Shown: positions 37,291 to 50,049 of the stretch, one piece after another
Layout of the letters: the number at the start of each line of letters is the position of its first letter
Position numbering within the stretch: the first letter of the stretch is position 1
Assembly (NCBI RefSeq): GCF_018977255.1
Contig: NW_024704742.1
Location: 76,014,001 to 76,078,000 of the forward strand
Source of the DNA: Callorhinchus milii
Lineage: Eukaryota
DNA: 64,000 nucleotides
Direction: 5' to 3'
Notes under the pieces: model-generated
Told to the model about the DNA's origin: nothing
What the model saw: only the letters and a program-made list of their open reading frames with translations
Databases searched by the model: none
Program-made: the position numbers and the translations under genes

Positions 37291-38817
37291 GACTCCAGAC
37301 ATTTCAGGTTCAAATCAAATCCACTCAGTTGGTCAACTCAGACAGGACAGGCGTTGGTGCATTATAATTGACCTCAGTACCTCTGGGCACTTATGGGCAT
37401 TTGTTCAATCATTAATGTCAGTGTCAGATTACTACCTGGTTAACAAAATCATTCAGCTGTTGAAATGCACACAGAGACATTAATAAATTATTTAAGTGGC
37501 TGGACTCATTGGGTACATCATTGAATAATTCTGGTAAGAACCTAAACTGAAGCCTTTTATAATTTTTACAGAAAGACCCTGCTCTCCCACACATCTTCAC
37601 TTAACTCAGGATGACCTAAGAAAGCAGAAAATACAATAAAAAGAAGGCAGTCAAGATTCCCTCAAAGACTCAATCCAGGGAATAGCTAAACTATTCAAAA
37701 TGTGAGGGTATTAGGTTCGGGGAGCAGCTCACTGATCACAGTCAGCATACAGTTAGCACCTAGATAGTTGTGGAATCCACCATCATTAATGTAATTTCTG
37801 GCCTTGGAGGGTCATTGTGTAATCCTGTCACCTAGTTTGGAGCTGGGCTTAGTTATAGGATTTTCTAGATTCACTATCCATTTTGCGTCATGAAACTGTG
37901 AGATGAGCGGTCACTTTGTGGTAAACGCACCAGAGGAATTTCAGGGCTAAGTTGAGGGGAACTGTCAGATTCAGCCGCTCAGTGAAAGCTTCTCAGCAGT
38001 AAACTCAGGGTGGTGTTGATGGGCATATTCCATATGATTACAGCACTTCCTAGCTCAGGAGACGCAGTGAGTTTGCTCTTTGACTGGAATAACATGAGTA
38101 CTGCACCCAAGCCTCGTGAATTATTACATTTTCACACTCGTAAAGAGCTGTGAGAACATTTTATTTCTGGTGACCTGTTCACGGTGTATTTAAAGCAGCC
38201 ATAACAGAGGCGCGTGAATGCACATCAGAATCAGGCAAGGAATTAGTGCAGATTAGCTAATTATAACTGTGTGGGCAAGCTAATAAATCTGAGGATTAAA
38301 GTGGGTTAGGCTTCCAACCAGTGAGGCTGACTGCCACTCAGGTCAAGCTAATAAGAGCACAGTGCTGTTCACTGAGTATTATCTACCATCAGTGTCCAGT
38401 GGCACAGTTTTATTGTAATTTATTACTATCATTATTAAAATAATTATTACATTTGATACAGCTCCTATCACATTGGGAAGATGTCGCTTGTATATAGAGT
38501 TCAATAGAGCTGGGCTTTGGAAAAATAGTATTTTAAATTGTAAATTATGGATTATATGAAGGAAATTGAATAGGGAATTTTTGTTCTCGCTATGCACAAT
38601 GCAGGCCACACAGAAATCTGAATTGCCAGAATGGGGATTTGGTGCCAGTAGGTTTGAAAACAAAAGTAATGTGGCACACTTTCAGAGATTGTTTAATACC
38701 AATGTTTCCAATTATCCTTCATTATATGGACCTGTCACGGTACAAGCATTAAAATCAAAAGTGAGTGCCTCCCTTATCCAACTGAAAGACTTGATACTGT
38801 TAACATTCCAGATATTT

Positions 38818-39183
38818 AGTCCTGTAACTCAGTAGTTAGAGCACTTGCCTCGCAAGCGAGAGACCTGGGTTCTATTCCTGGCAGGGTGAAATTTTGGCCA
38901 AGTTTCCTTACTCCACATGCCTCTGTTTACCTAGTAGTAAGTAGGAACCCAGTTATTAGTCGATTGGCGGATTGCTTTTCTGGGGATAATAATCCTTAAA
39001 AACAAAAATTTGGTCACTCAATCCACAACTGTTTGTGGGACACTGCTGTGCGCAATTGGCTGCCATGTTTCACCCACAAATTTACAGACAATTCACTTTA
39101 CAGTATATTCTGTGAAGCGCTTTGAGCTGTCTCGAAGACATGAAAAGTGCTACAACAAATACAAGGATTATTATCATTATATT
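38818..39183 (+). mobile_element. SINE family A, long form
   Basis: agtcctgtaactcagtagttagagcac head, extra internal segment, L2-type tail. Confidence 0.9.
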
Positions 39184-39667
39184 ATCTCAAAACACTTCAC
39201 AGGATATACTGTAAAGTGTAGCGACTGTGTGTTTTGTAAGTGAACACCACAACCAATTTGCAATGCATCACAAATAGCGATGAAATGAATGACCAATGTT
39301 ATTGCGGTCGGCAGAAGGGGTTGTTGGCTAGGACACTGAGAGAAACACCCTTCTCTTTTCAAGCAATGCCATGGAATCTTTAACATCCACCTGAACAGGT
39401 AGGTAGCGGGAACATGGATCAATCAATGCAAGATGGAAACCTGGATTTTAATCAGAGAAAGGGTATGTGGCTGTCCAATGGCTCTCACACTCCCAGGCTG
39501 CTCCACATTCGGCTGCATCCTTTTCAGATTTGGTAATTACAGGCTTTATTGCAGTTAGGTACACAATAAATGCACACCACACACACTCAATTACAATCCT
39601 CAGAAACAAGTGGTAAACTATTATACGCAGTAGGACTGCTTGGTCGTAAAGTATAAAAATGATTACA

Positions 39668-39860
39668 ACAGCAAATTATATTTGTATAGCCCCTTTCACA
39701 TCGGGAACACATCCCAAGCAGCTGGAAAGTCAGGGATTTCGACCCAAGCACAGAGTTGGAATCAGGAAGGGTGGATAGTAGGGGTAGAAGGACGACCGAA
39801 AGCAAAGTCGAAGAGGAGGGTCTTCAAGTGGGCCTTGAAGGAGGCAAGGGAGGGACCGAG
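39668..39860 (-). mobile_element. L2 LINE extreme 3' end
   Basis: Reverse complement of ttcaaggcccacttgaagaccctcctcttcgac plus the L2 tail. Confidence 0.7.
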
Positions 39861-40344
39861 GCAAATTGAAGACATCACCACATACCAACATTCCCTTAGG
39901 CATGACTTGAGAAAGGCACACAAGAGGGAAGGCTAGTACTCCAGTCATCAGTGTAGACATCTGACTGATTTCACTGATATTGAATGAGGTATATGTGCAG
40001 AGGTGGAGGTCGATCTGTCCATTCCAGTGACAATAGCCTGTGTAAAGTTAAGTGTGAAAGTATCTTGTGAAGTCCTCTATTAGGAAAGAAAGGGAAAGAA
40101 AACTCACCAGGGGGTGATTTGAGGTATTTTTTTCATGTATAAGTGATATTATTATTATTATTAGTGTCTTCTTATACCTCTACAGAAGATTACTTTGGTT
40201 TTGTCTTTCTTCCTGCAAGAATGCTGCTATGTGTGTATTAGCCCTGCTAGGTTGGTAGCACTCTGGCCTCTGCAGAATTAGGGCTCTTACTGGCTTAAGA
40301 GGGGACCTTGAAGGTATGGAACATTCATCTCGGTTGTTGATGTA

Positions 40345-40647
40345 GGAGTCCTGTAGCTCAGTGGTTAGAGCACTCGCCTCACAAGCAAGAGAACTGGGTT
40401 TGATTCCTGGTAGAGCGAAACCTTGGCATGTTTCCTTATTCCACACGCCTGATAATAATCCCTCAAGAAAAAAAAACAATAAAATTGGTCAATTCAATCC
40501 ACGACTGTTTGTGCACAATTGGCTGCTGTGTTTCGCCCACAGATATACAGTCAATTCACTTTACAGTATATTCTGTGAAGCGTTGTGAAACATCTCGAAG
40601 ATTTGAAAAGCACTATATCAAATGCAAGAATTATTATTATTATTATA
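40345..40647 (+). mobile_element. SINE family A, short form
   Basis: ggagtcctgtagctcagtggttagagcac head and (tta)n tail. Confidence 0.9.
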
Positions 40648-42536
40648 TTCTTGTTGGTATCTGGGACACCAAATTTTGCTTGGACACTGTCCTTACTTCG
40701 GGACTGTGCTGAGAGGGGGCAAAGGACATCTTGGTCACTTTCTTCTCTCTTCAATGGCAAAGCCCTAAGTGGTGTGTCCAAACAGTTCTCCTTGACTGTT
40801 CCAAGCTCCTGGATATGCAGCAGAGGCATTTTTGAAGTCTAGGATCAACTAATAAGGTAGATTTATGGCAGAGAGGGAGGGCCTCTGTTGCTGAGTCAGT
40901 TTCACGGTCAACATATCAATTTACCAAAGCCCCTAACATGCGGACCTGGGTTAAGCAGCTGGTACTGAATAAGACACTATAGTACACAGCATTGGACTTG
41001 GACCTCGACAATGTCAAGGTGTCCGGCATGTCACAAATTGTCCTGGAAAGATCATCCCACCGTGCTGATGGCACATGTCCATTGAATAGTTGATGAGGAA
41101 ATTCTAAAAGTCTAGAGGTGACAGCTGCTGGAAGGCGTTACCTGGCAGTCTGGGTTCATGAACGCACGCTATATACCCAGGGCTTGGAATCCACCTTGAT
41201 TGGTAGACAGAGATCAGCAGCTATTACTCAAGCTCTGCACTTCTAACCAGTGGAACCATCGCTCAATGTTAAGTGTTTTCCAAACCAACACATCTGGTCC
41301 TTCTGAGATGAGTTTTGAGAAAGTTAACACCAAATGTAGCAGGCGCAAAAGAACACTCGTCTTGATGGAGGCAAGAGGGACGGAATGTGTAAAGTTACGC
41401 TGGGACATAAGCAAATAGTTGACAATGTCTAACTAAAACTTTGACAGCTCCACAGGATATTTTTAATGCCAACCAAAGCCTCTGGAATTTCTTGTTATCA
41501 AAAGAAGAACACACTGTGTAACTCTTAAAATTGCGGCATCAACTCCTCTGTCATCCCAATGTGATTTGGGGCCCATAAATCTCCTTCTGGTCACAGCGTC
41601 CTGTCTAATTTTTATGCCAGCAGCGCTGGGCTCATTCTATGTTATTTGTTATCTCTACCTTTTGTCCTCCGTTCCCGCCACACACCACCAAAAAGAAATT
41701 TGAATTATCAGTTGAAAGCAAGTAAAATAACTTCTTATTTTGTTGAGAAACTTTCTTAAGATTCACACGGGAACATTTTGTGCTCATTTTGTCACAGAAG
41801 AAATGGACGGATAGCTCCATCAGTGAGTGTGAGGGGCAAGTCCTCTAAGAACTGCTCACCTGTGTGGATATAACTATGTTAAAAGAATTCGAGTGTCAGT
41901 GAAGGCGATACTTGATGGCCTGAGCTGCAAGTATGCACAATTTCAAAACCACTCCTTGTTTCTGCATTCTTACACATAATAATCAACTATATTCCAATCT
42001 GTTCAAAATTGGCTTAATTAATGTGTCTAGGTCTGCAAAGAATAATGGAAGCATATTTACAGCACGTTATATTAATTTGCTATTGAATGTCTGTGTACTC
42101 TGTCTGTTCTTAGGTGGGAACAGCAAAAGAATTTTCCACTGTGAACAGAGATTTGGCAGTGTGCTGGCTCCAGTTCCCACTAGTGGAATATTCGTATCTC
42201 CTGCAATCTCTTCTGAACAGCCACTTGCCTCCGTTCCGGAGGGATTAGCAATTACTGCACACCAATTATTCTGGGAGGATGATCATGTGCATCACTTAAT
42301 AAACACTCCACAAAAGACCAGTAGTTTACAGGCTAAAGACATGTACTGACATTATTTACATTGGAACATAACTGCTATTGGCACAATATCTTACAGTATC
42401 AAAACAAAACCCTTAAGATCATTTAACCATTTATTCAACTCGGTCCTTTATGGGCTGCACATTTTAGTTTGGGAATGCTTTTTAAAGGGTACCAAAAGGC
42501 TGTGTTTTTTTTCTCTATTTCTCTCTGTTCAATAAC

Positions 42537-43053
42537 TTTACATAGCATTTATATTTCCACTGAATTTTAATACCTTGGTGGATTCTTCCCTTGCATGAGA
42601 CCTGTGCTCTGAGACACTACCCCACACAAAAGGCACTTTATAAATGCAAGTTATTGTTATTGCTCTTAAATACAGCAACAGACTGACAAAGAGTTCCTTC
42701 GATGGGTCGCAAGCAGAACCTCTCCTTCTTAGAATTTCAGTAGAACATTATTAACATGTTCACTTATCTGCATCATGACCAAATGTAGAAATGGACGGGG
42801 ATGTGAGACACCAGCAAAATAGTCCAGTTGCATGTAATCTCACTGAACGACTGTGAGCCAATGGCATGAGTAAATTACGGGCCTAGTAACCATTCACGCG
42901 GTGAATTATTTACATAGCATTTATATTTCCACTGAATTTTAATACCTTGGTGGATTCTTCCATTGCATGAGACCTGTGCTCTGAGACACTACCCCACACA
43001 AAAGGCACTTTATAAATGCAAGTTATTGTTATTGCTCTTAAATACAGCAACAG
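42537..43053 (+). repeat. 145-bp direct duplication (42537-42681 and 42909-43053) around a 227-bp unique spacer
   Basis: The copies are identical except one substitution (ttcccttgc vs ttccattgc). Confidence 0.95.
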
Positions 43054-43071
43054 GTGAAAATTATAGTTAGG

Positions 43072-43195
43072 GCGAGAGAGAGTGTGTGATAAATCATGGA
43101 AAGAGAGAGAGAGCGATAGTGACAAAGGGATGGAAAGTTAGAGAGAGTGAGAGAAACCGAAAGAGACTCGGAAGAGTGAATGACAGAAAAAGTAA
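43072..43195 (+). repeat. Degenerate (GA)n tract
   Basis: Seen directly in the sequence. Confidence 0.75.
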
Positions 43196-44119
43196 AGAAC
43201 TGGCCCAGTGTGGTGTTTCAGTGACAATATAACTACTGAGATTTTTTTTTAATTGGCACTGTAGTCAATTTGTATTTTGTGCAATGTCCAATTATCCACA
43301 TTGTCTGTTTATCCACCATGGAACCACTCCAAATTAGTGCAGCTAATCATCTCACTACTGTACACCTTTTTCAGGTCCAAAATGATTTCTCTATGAAGTC
43401 AGTATCTTACATGGATTTTGAAATAACGATTTCTCTATTCTGTACTTTCTGCAATTAAACTCATTAATTTGAGCATGAGGCAATGCTAGGCCAGACTGAG
43501 CAAGCAGTTCATACACATTAGCATTAATAGCATTAACCACATCCATCAGGCTAGACATTCAATGCTGATGTCAATTTCATTCATAAATCACCATTCAATA
43601 ATTACGTCAGACTTCTAGCAGCTCTTTGATCATAAATGACAAAGAATACAAAGATATCTGCCTGATTAATGGACCATAGCAATCCTAAATCGTCGCAGTG
43701 AGCGCAAGCAGTGAGTGTTGGCAGCTTGTTCAGCAGTGGGGAATAATTCAGGCAAGCTGCATCCTGCCTCTAGACCAGATGAAATGGACAACCCAGGGAG
43801 ACAGTGGAGGCAGAATGTGCCATTAAATTCAAGAGAGAATTAGTTATACCAATAATAACTCTCATATTTGAAAAATTTGGAGGATGCCTCAAAGTACTTC
43901 AAAGGATATACTGTAAGGTGTATTTTGTAGTCAAGGGTAATTTGAAGTTAGTTATTTAGGAATGAAATAAATTGAGGTATATGAGATCGATATAGGATTT
44001 TTTTTAAAAAAAGTTTTTATAAACGTTGGGACAAGCCTGATAATATTCCCTTCTGCTCCTGTACATTCCTATGCTGTGAGGAACAAGAGTGGCTACAAGC
44101 CATCATCTTCAAAGAGCGG

Positions 44120-44445
44120 TGTCAGGCTGGCTCAGTTGGTAGCACTTCTGCCTCCGAGTCAGAAGGTTGTGAGTTCAAGTTCCACATTGAACTTAGAACT
44201 CATATCGTGAAGCTATAGCACCCTTCACGTTGGGAGGACGTCTCAAGGCGGTGGACAGTCAGTGCTGGGAATGTGCTGCATTGTTTGAAGCACCATCCTC
44301 CACCATAATAACACCGTCAGTCCCTCATGGCGATTTGTCAGATCTTGCTTGCTCGTGCAAAATGGTTGCCATGTTTGCTTACAAAAAAAACTACACTTTA
44401 TGGTAATTACTTATGGAGTACTTTCAACATGATAAGGAACTATCA
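44120..44445 (+). mobile_element. Deu-domain SINE (degenerate) with a nested L2 tail
   Basis: Head ggctggctcagttggtagcac...agaaggttgtgagttcaagt. Confidence 0.7.
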
Positions 44446-45351
44446 AAATCCCACTTCCTTCCTTCCTGAAAGCATAGTTTCAACCCGCAAGTAACCTGAA
44501 AGATTTAATTTTAGTTATCTGATACCCAAAGACTGTATCACTCGCTGCTAATGGAAACTAAAGCCTAATTAAGGAGCAAAAGCAATGGTTTATCAAGAGT
44601 GTTTCAATTGGCAGCTTTTACTTGAGTTTTGTTGGTAAAAGAATTTAGTGTTCACACTGTACATAAGTAATGCCACTACAGGAAGATGCACAATTAAAGT
44701 ATGTTAATACTCCACACAGAGTAGTGAATCTATAGATACAGCACCCAATAGCACCATTGGTCCCATTAACATGAAACCACATAACGTCCTAATTATGGTC
44801 AATGTCTCTTGTAATGCAACTATCGGGTTGAAAAGATAGATCAGGAAACACCAGCGTAAACAACATTTTGACTCCAGAAAAAGAGCTGTAAAACGCGTCC
44901 ATCCCATGTTGGTCACACTCATCAACACCGTGATCTTGGGAGTCAGTGTGGCACATGTGGAGTGCCCTGCAGGATGTACTTTATTCCATTGACACACTCT
45001 CCCCAGAGTGTTTTTTCTAGCCTTGAGATAAGGGTTTTGTTGTCATTTTACCATTGCTTTCAGATACTCTATTAAATGATTTTGATTCTCTTCGCAGCAG
45101 CTCAAAGCAATGCCTTTGCACCTGGTGTACTTCGGGGAAAGCCTTGAAATTCCACCACATCTTAGCCTGTAAATTAAAGATCCTGCAAAATTGTGGAAAA
45201 ATTCTTAAATTCAATCTTAACTCAGAAAATGTTGTTTTACTAACCATTGCTTTTTCAGAGCAAGAGCACAGTAGGTGATTGAGTGTGACATACATGGGAT
45301 AGTGTCCATCCCTGAAAGAATTTACTGCTGTTAAGAATTGATTAAAATAAT

Positions 45352-46295
45352 ACAATACAAAATTACATTTGTAATGCGCCTTTCATTTTAGGTGGATGTC
45401 TCAAGATGCTGAACAGTCAGGAATTAGGACCCGAGCGGGGGTGGGGAGTTGGGATCAGGGAGGGTGGAGGGCAGAGAGTGTAGGAGGGGGGGGCCGAAGG
45501 CACGTTTGAAGTGGAGGATCTTGAGGTGTGCCTTGAAGGAGGCAAGGAAGGGAATCAGGTGAAGGGAATGTGGGATGGAGTTCCAGAGGGTGGGGGCAGA
45601 GAAGCTGAAGGACTGACCGCCGATGGTGGGGTGGGCCGAGCGGGGGACATGGAGCAGGCCGGAGCCTGTAATAAGGGACAAGTTGATAAGAGATTAGCAG
45701 GTCGGAGAGGTAGGAGGGGTCAAGGCCATTGAGGGCCTTGAAGGTGAGGACAAGAATTTTGAACTTGATCATCTGAGGGATGGGGAGCCAGTGGAGCCAG
45801 GCAAGGGTAGGTGTGATGGGGTCACGGAGCCCAGTGCGGGAGAGGACATAGGCTGCAGAGTTCTGGATGATCTGCAGCTTGTGGAGAGAAGAGTTGGGAA
45901 GGCCGACAAGCAAGGTGTTGGCACTGTCGAGCCTGGTGTAATGAAAGCATGTATGAGAGTTTCAGCGGCTTGAGGGGTGAGGCAGTGGCGGAGTCGGGTA
46001 ATGTTGCGGGGTGGGGGAAGGCAAAGTAGGTCATGCACAGGTGGCACAGGAGGGGGAGACAGGTTTGAAGGTGTGGAGGGAGGGATGGGTAGAGGGCTGG
46101 AGTGTGAGGGAGAGATAGGGAAGGAGTGGCGGTTGGGAGGGTGGAAGCAGCTGAACGGATCCCCTTGAGTTTGGTCTCAAGGAAATCCATCACCTCCTCA
46201 CAGTTGGAGTTGGAAGAGAGGATGGGCGAGGCTTGAGAGGGTGGACGGAGGAGCCGGTTGGTAGTGGAGAAAAGAAGCCTGGGGTTGTCGTTGGC
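45352..46295 (-). mobile_element. L2 LINE fragment with a large internal deletion (upstream ORF2 segment joined to the 3' end)
   Basis: NPRLLFSTTNRLL...EEVMDFLETKL joins directly to RNITRLRHCLTPQAAETLIHAF and LQIIQNSAA..LHWLPI..KFKILVLTFKALNG. Confidence 0.9.
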
Positions 46296-47950
46296 CAGCC
46301 ACATGAAATGAATGGTCAATTTTGTCTAGTGGATTATTGGTCAGAAAAATGCACCGTTACCACTGGGCCATCTTGATGGCTCTGAAGACCAGTTTCTTAA
46401 TGTGATGATTAAGCCGCAGTCATTCCTTCGCGCATGTTCAATTTCCATAATAGCGTGCACAATCTTGACAGGTCCCACTCTGTGTGAGCTTCACACGCTG
46501 ACCAGTTACATTATAATCAGACCAGAATTTCTCACAAGTGGGAAATAGATACATCTTTGCATTTTATATAGCACCTTATCGTATCATTGACACGTCTCAA
46601 AACACTTCACAGGATATACTGTAAAGTAAGGTGACTGTGTGGATTGTGGGCAAATGTCCATATTATCTGGCACCATTCACTTCATGGCTGTTTGTCAGCC
46701 ATTGCTGTGTGCATGTTAGCAGGTCTGCCTCAAAATTCACAGTAACTTCACTTTACAGAAATCGCCAGTGAAGTGTTTTTTAAATTCTGCGCACTATATG
46801 AAATGCAAGAATTATTATCTACTGTGCCACCTTCCTTCTAGATTAGAATACATCAGTCATTAAACTTAGCTTGAACTCCTGCATTTTGACCATGAATTCC
46901 CCACTTTCATATTCCATTAATAAAAGAGAAAAACAGCTCAGCAACTTGTTCGACCCTCAAGACACACCTCCTTACACTGACACCAGCTTTGCAGCTCTTT
47001 ATCATCCTTCATAATCTGTCAAAATCGTTCCCACTCTTGCTGTGCTTGCAATGGGCCAGGGTTGAGTGGAAAGTTATTCCGAAAGCATAAATATACAATG
47101 AACTATAATAAGGAGGTTTTTGGCACCACGAGTAGGATTTTTTCTTTCCTCTTATGAGACAACAGTGGCTGTTGTCAGCCTAAAATTCAGATGTGCAAAG
47201 TGGGGAATTCACAGTCAAAATGCAGGAGTTCAAAGCAAGTTTAATGACTGATGTATTCTAATGTAGTAGAAGGGAGAGCAGGAAGCACTCAAATGGGGAG
47301 GATGTGGGATGCATATCAGGGTAAAATGTTTCTGTCTCAGAGAGTTTATGAATCTGGAGCGCTTTGTCTGGCAGGCCAAGGAGGTCATTGGTTGGTCTGT
47401 CCCCCTCACCCTGGAACACAGTTCAAATTGTGCAGAGAGTTCTGGCTTATTCAAGGAATCTGTGCACTATTATACTGGCACTTACAAACCTACCATTCAA
47501 AAAGATATGTGCAAGACTGTCTGAAGCAGTTTGGAGACTGGACAGGCAGGTAACACACATTCTGACTGAGGAATCACTTGAGGAAAGTAGGCAGAGAAGG
47601 AAGAAGTGAGAAGGAAAAAAAGGAAGGAGGGAGTGAGGAAGGAATGGAGGAAACTGCATTTTTTTAGCACTGTTTCACGTCAAAATTACTCAGCCCTTCA
47701 AGTATTTACTGTCAAATGCATTGACTGTTTTGTATGAAGACAGCAGATAATTCCACCAGCGAGGTCTCATAAACAGCCATTAATTAAATTTTTGGGGCCA
47801 AGATATTCACTGGAAGAAACTCTTCTCACATCGTGCAAACTTTAACAATTTACCTCAACCGACATCGGTTTTAACATCACATCCAAAAAATAAAAAGGAT
47901 GTAAAGAACTCAGTGAACTGGCTGAGAACACATAATAGTATTGTACTCAC

Positions 47951-48127
47951 GAAGAGGTTTAAGAATGTGCCCATTGGTCGGGTCCTCATTATTTTCAGTG
48001 TCAGAGGCCTCGGCTGTCTTATCCCGTTCTTTGCTTCTCTCCTTTTGTGCAGACGTACGTCTTCTGTGGCGGCGCCGCCTCCGATAGCTCTTAGGGACGT
48101 GAACTCCAATGTAGACAGTGTGGTGGC
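47951..48127 (-). CDS. SLC4A4: SLC4A4/NBCe1-type coding exon, 177 nt, phase 1-1: (G)[58 protein letters not shown]
   Basis: Minus strand: acceptor ttctgcttgcag|GC CAC CAC, donor CTT C|gtgagt. Translation matches the NBCe1-B/C N-terminal [21 protein letters not shown]...ILKPL. This frame is absent from the ORF track. Splices in frame (C|TT) to the 15572 exon. Confidence 0.95.
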
Positions 48128-48289
48128 CTGCAAGCAGAACAAAGATGAACTCTCACAATGTCGTAATGTAAAGGCAAACCATACAAAACTTACACATGTG
48201 TTATATTACCTTGTCTTCCTACACACCTTATACAGATATTATATTACCCTGTATTCATACACGCCTTATACAGATGTTATATGGCACAG

Positions 48290-49256
48290 TCTTGTGTGTG
48301 TTCCTCAAGGCTCTGGCCTCAGTCCCCTCCACTTTAACCTCTGCATGCTCCTCCTTGATAACATCGTCTGCAGACATAGGGTCAACTTCCACATGTATGC
48401 GGATGACATCCAACTCTATCTCTCTGCCTCCACCCTTGATAACTGACGTCCTGACAGACTGTTTCTCAGACATCAAGTCCTGGATGAGAGCTAACTTTCT
48501 ACAACTTAATGTCACCTCCTGAATGGCTCGCGCCAGCGCCTCCGCTCCTCAGGCGCTGACATCAGCTTCCACAGATGCACACTCCACCTCATCAAGCCAG
48601 TCAGAAACCATCTTGTTTCTGAAACAAGAAACCATCTTGTTTTTGAGCATCTTGTTCGATGCTCAACTGTCCTTTCTCCTCCACATCGGTCCCATGACCC
48701 GCTCTGCCTTCCCCCACCTCCGCAACATTGCCCAACTAAGCCACTGTCTTACCTCTCAGGTCGCCTAAACCCTCATACACACATTCGGCACCTCAAGGCT
48801 CGACTATGGAAACTCCCTCCTTGTCGGCCTCCCCAACTCTTCCCTCTACAACCTGCAGATCATCTAGAACTCTACAGCTTGTGTCCTCTCCCGCACCAGG
48901 CTCCGTGACCCCATAGCCCTCACCCTTGCCCGGCTCCACTGACTCCCCATCCCTCAAAGGATAGTTCTCAAAATCCTCATCCTCACTTTCTCTTGACCCT
49001 CCTACCTCTCTGACCTGCTGACCCCCTAACAACCTGTCTGTTCTCTCCGTTCAGCAAGCTACGGCCTGCTCCAGGTCTCCCGCCCGACCCGCCCTACCAT
49101 CGGCGGTGGGCTTTCAGCCTCTCTACCTACCTCTGTGCCCTCCCTCATCTTAACCCTGCCCCTGCACACTCAGGTCCTGATCCCTGACTGTTCAGCGCCT
49201 TGGGACATCCTCTCGACGTAAAAGGCACTTTACAAATGTAATTTTGTTATTGTTAT
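48290..49256 (+). mobile_element. L2 LINE fragment (RT to tail) flanked by a 31-bp direct repeat
   Basis: Translates to VPQGSGLSP...FHMYADDIQLYLS. Tail aggcactttacaaatgtaat(ttg). Flanks 48242-48272 and 49257-49287 are identical. Confidence 0.92.
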
Positions 49257-50049
49257 TATTACCCTGTATTCATACACGCCTTATACATGCGCAACACTCT
49301 TTTCAGACTCCACATTGGATAATATGATAGCTTGAGGATGGGGGAACGTTGGCTTATGAAATAGACACAATGAACAACAAGTGATATAGCCTTCACTGTG
49401 CGTTCTCTGATCTTTTATTTAGTTTACTAGATTTAGTACAAATGCGGAGAAAGCTTTAACACTCTCCGTTATCTTATCAAAAGATCACAAGACACATTTG
49501 GACTTCAGTCTGTTGAATCTCATCCTCCATAATAAACTATTCTCCTATTGCACCAACATAATCTGTTCATCAATGAGCCCAGTGTCCTGGCCTCCACCAC
49601 GCTTCCAAATAATCTGTTCCAATTATCCTGTGTTATGACAGCAGTCTCCTGTCTATGCCTGTGTGCTGACAGCGTCCATGCTCAGATTATATAGTGCTAA
49701 GAGGACTTGCGGTGACTATAATGTAATGTAACCATAATTGGATGTTAGCCACAAACTAGTTCTCAGATACAGCCTTCTCTCCCAACCAAATTGCAAGAGA
49801 GCAAAAGTATAACAAATTAGATCTCTCACAGGTCAGATGAGGTTAGATGATAAAACTGATCAATACGGTGTACCTTTCATGGCCCATTTAATTTGACTAT
49901 TTCCCCTCTTGATTTTGTGTGCAATTAATTTAATTAAGCGAGAGAGAGTGTGATCACATGGAGTGTGCGAAACTAAAGGGGCACAAGGTGAAATCAGGCC
50001 TGTTCGGCACAGGGTTGAAAGATGGGGGATTTGAAGTCCAGATTTTGCA

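Noticed and set aside
40100..40137. ATG...ctg|gtgagt mini-exon candidate
   Set aside because: It is phase 2, incompatible with the phase-1 acceptor at 15572.
41853..41930. Minus-strand cag|gtgagc donor with nearby acceptors
   Set aside because: The phase-1 readings from both candidate acceptors contain stop codons.
41933..42349. 138-aa plus-strand ORF with an acceptor-like ttcttag near 42114
   Set aside because: No recognisable homology and no partner exons.
47913..48446. 177-aa plus-strand ORF containing YADD
   Set aside because: Chance read-through of the antisense of an SLC4A4 exon into a dead L2 RT fragment.
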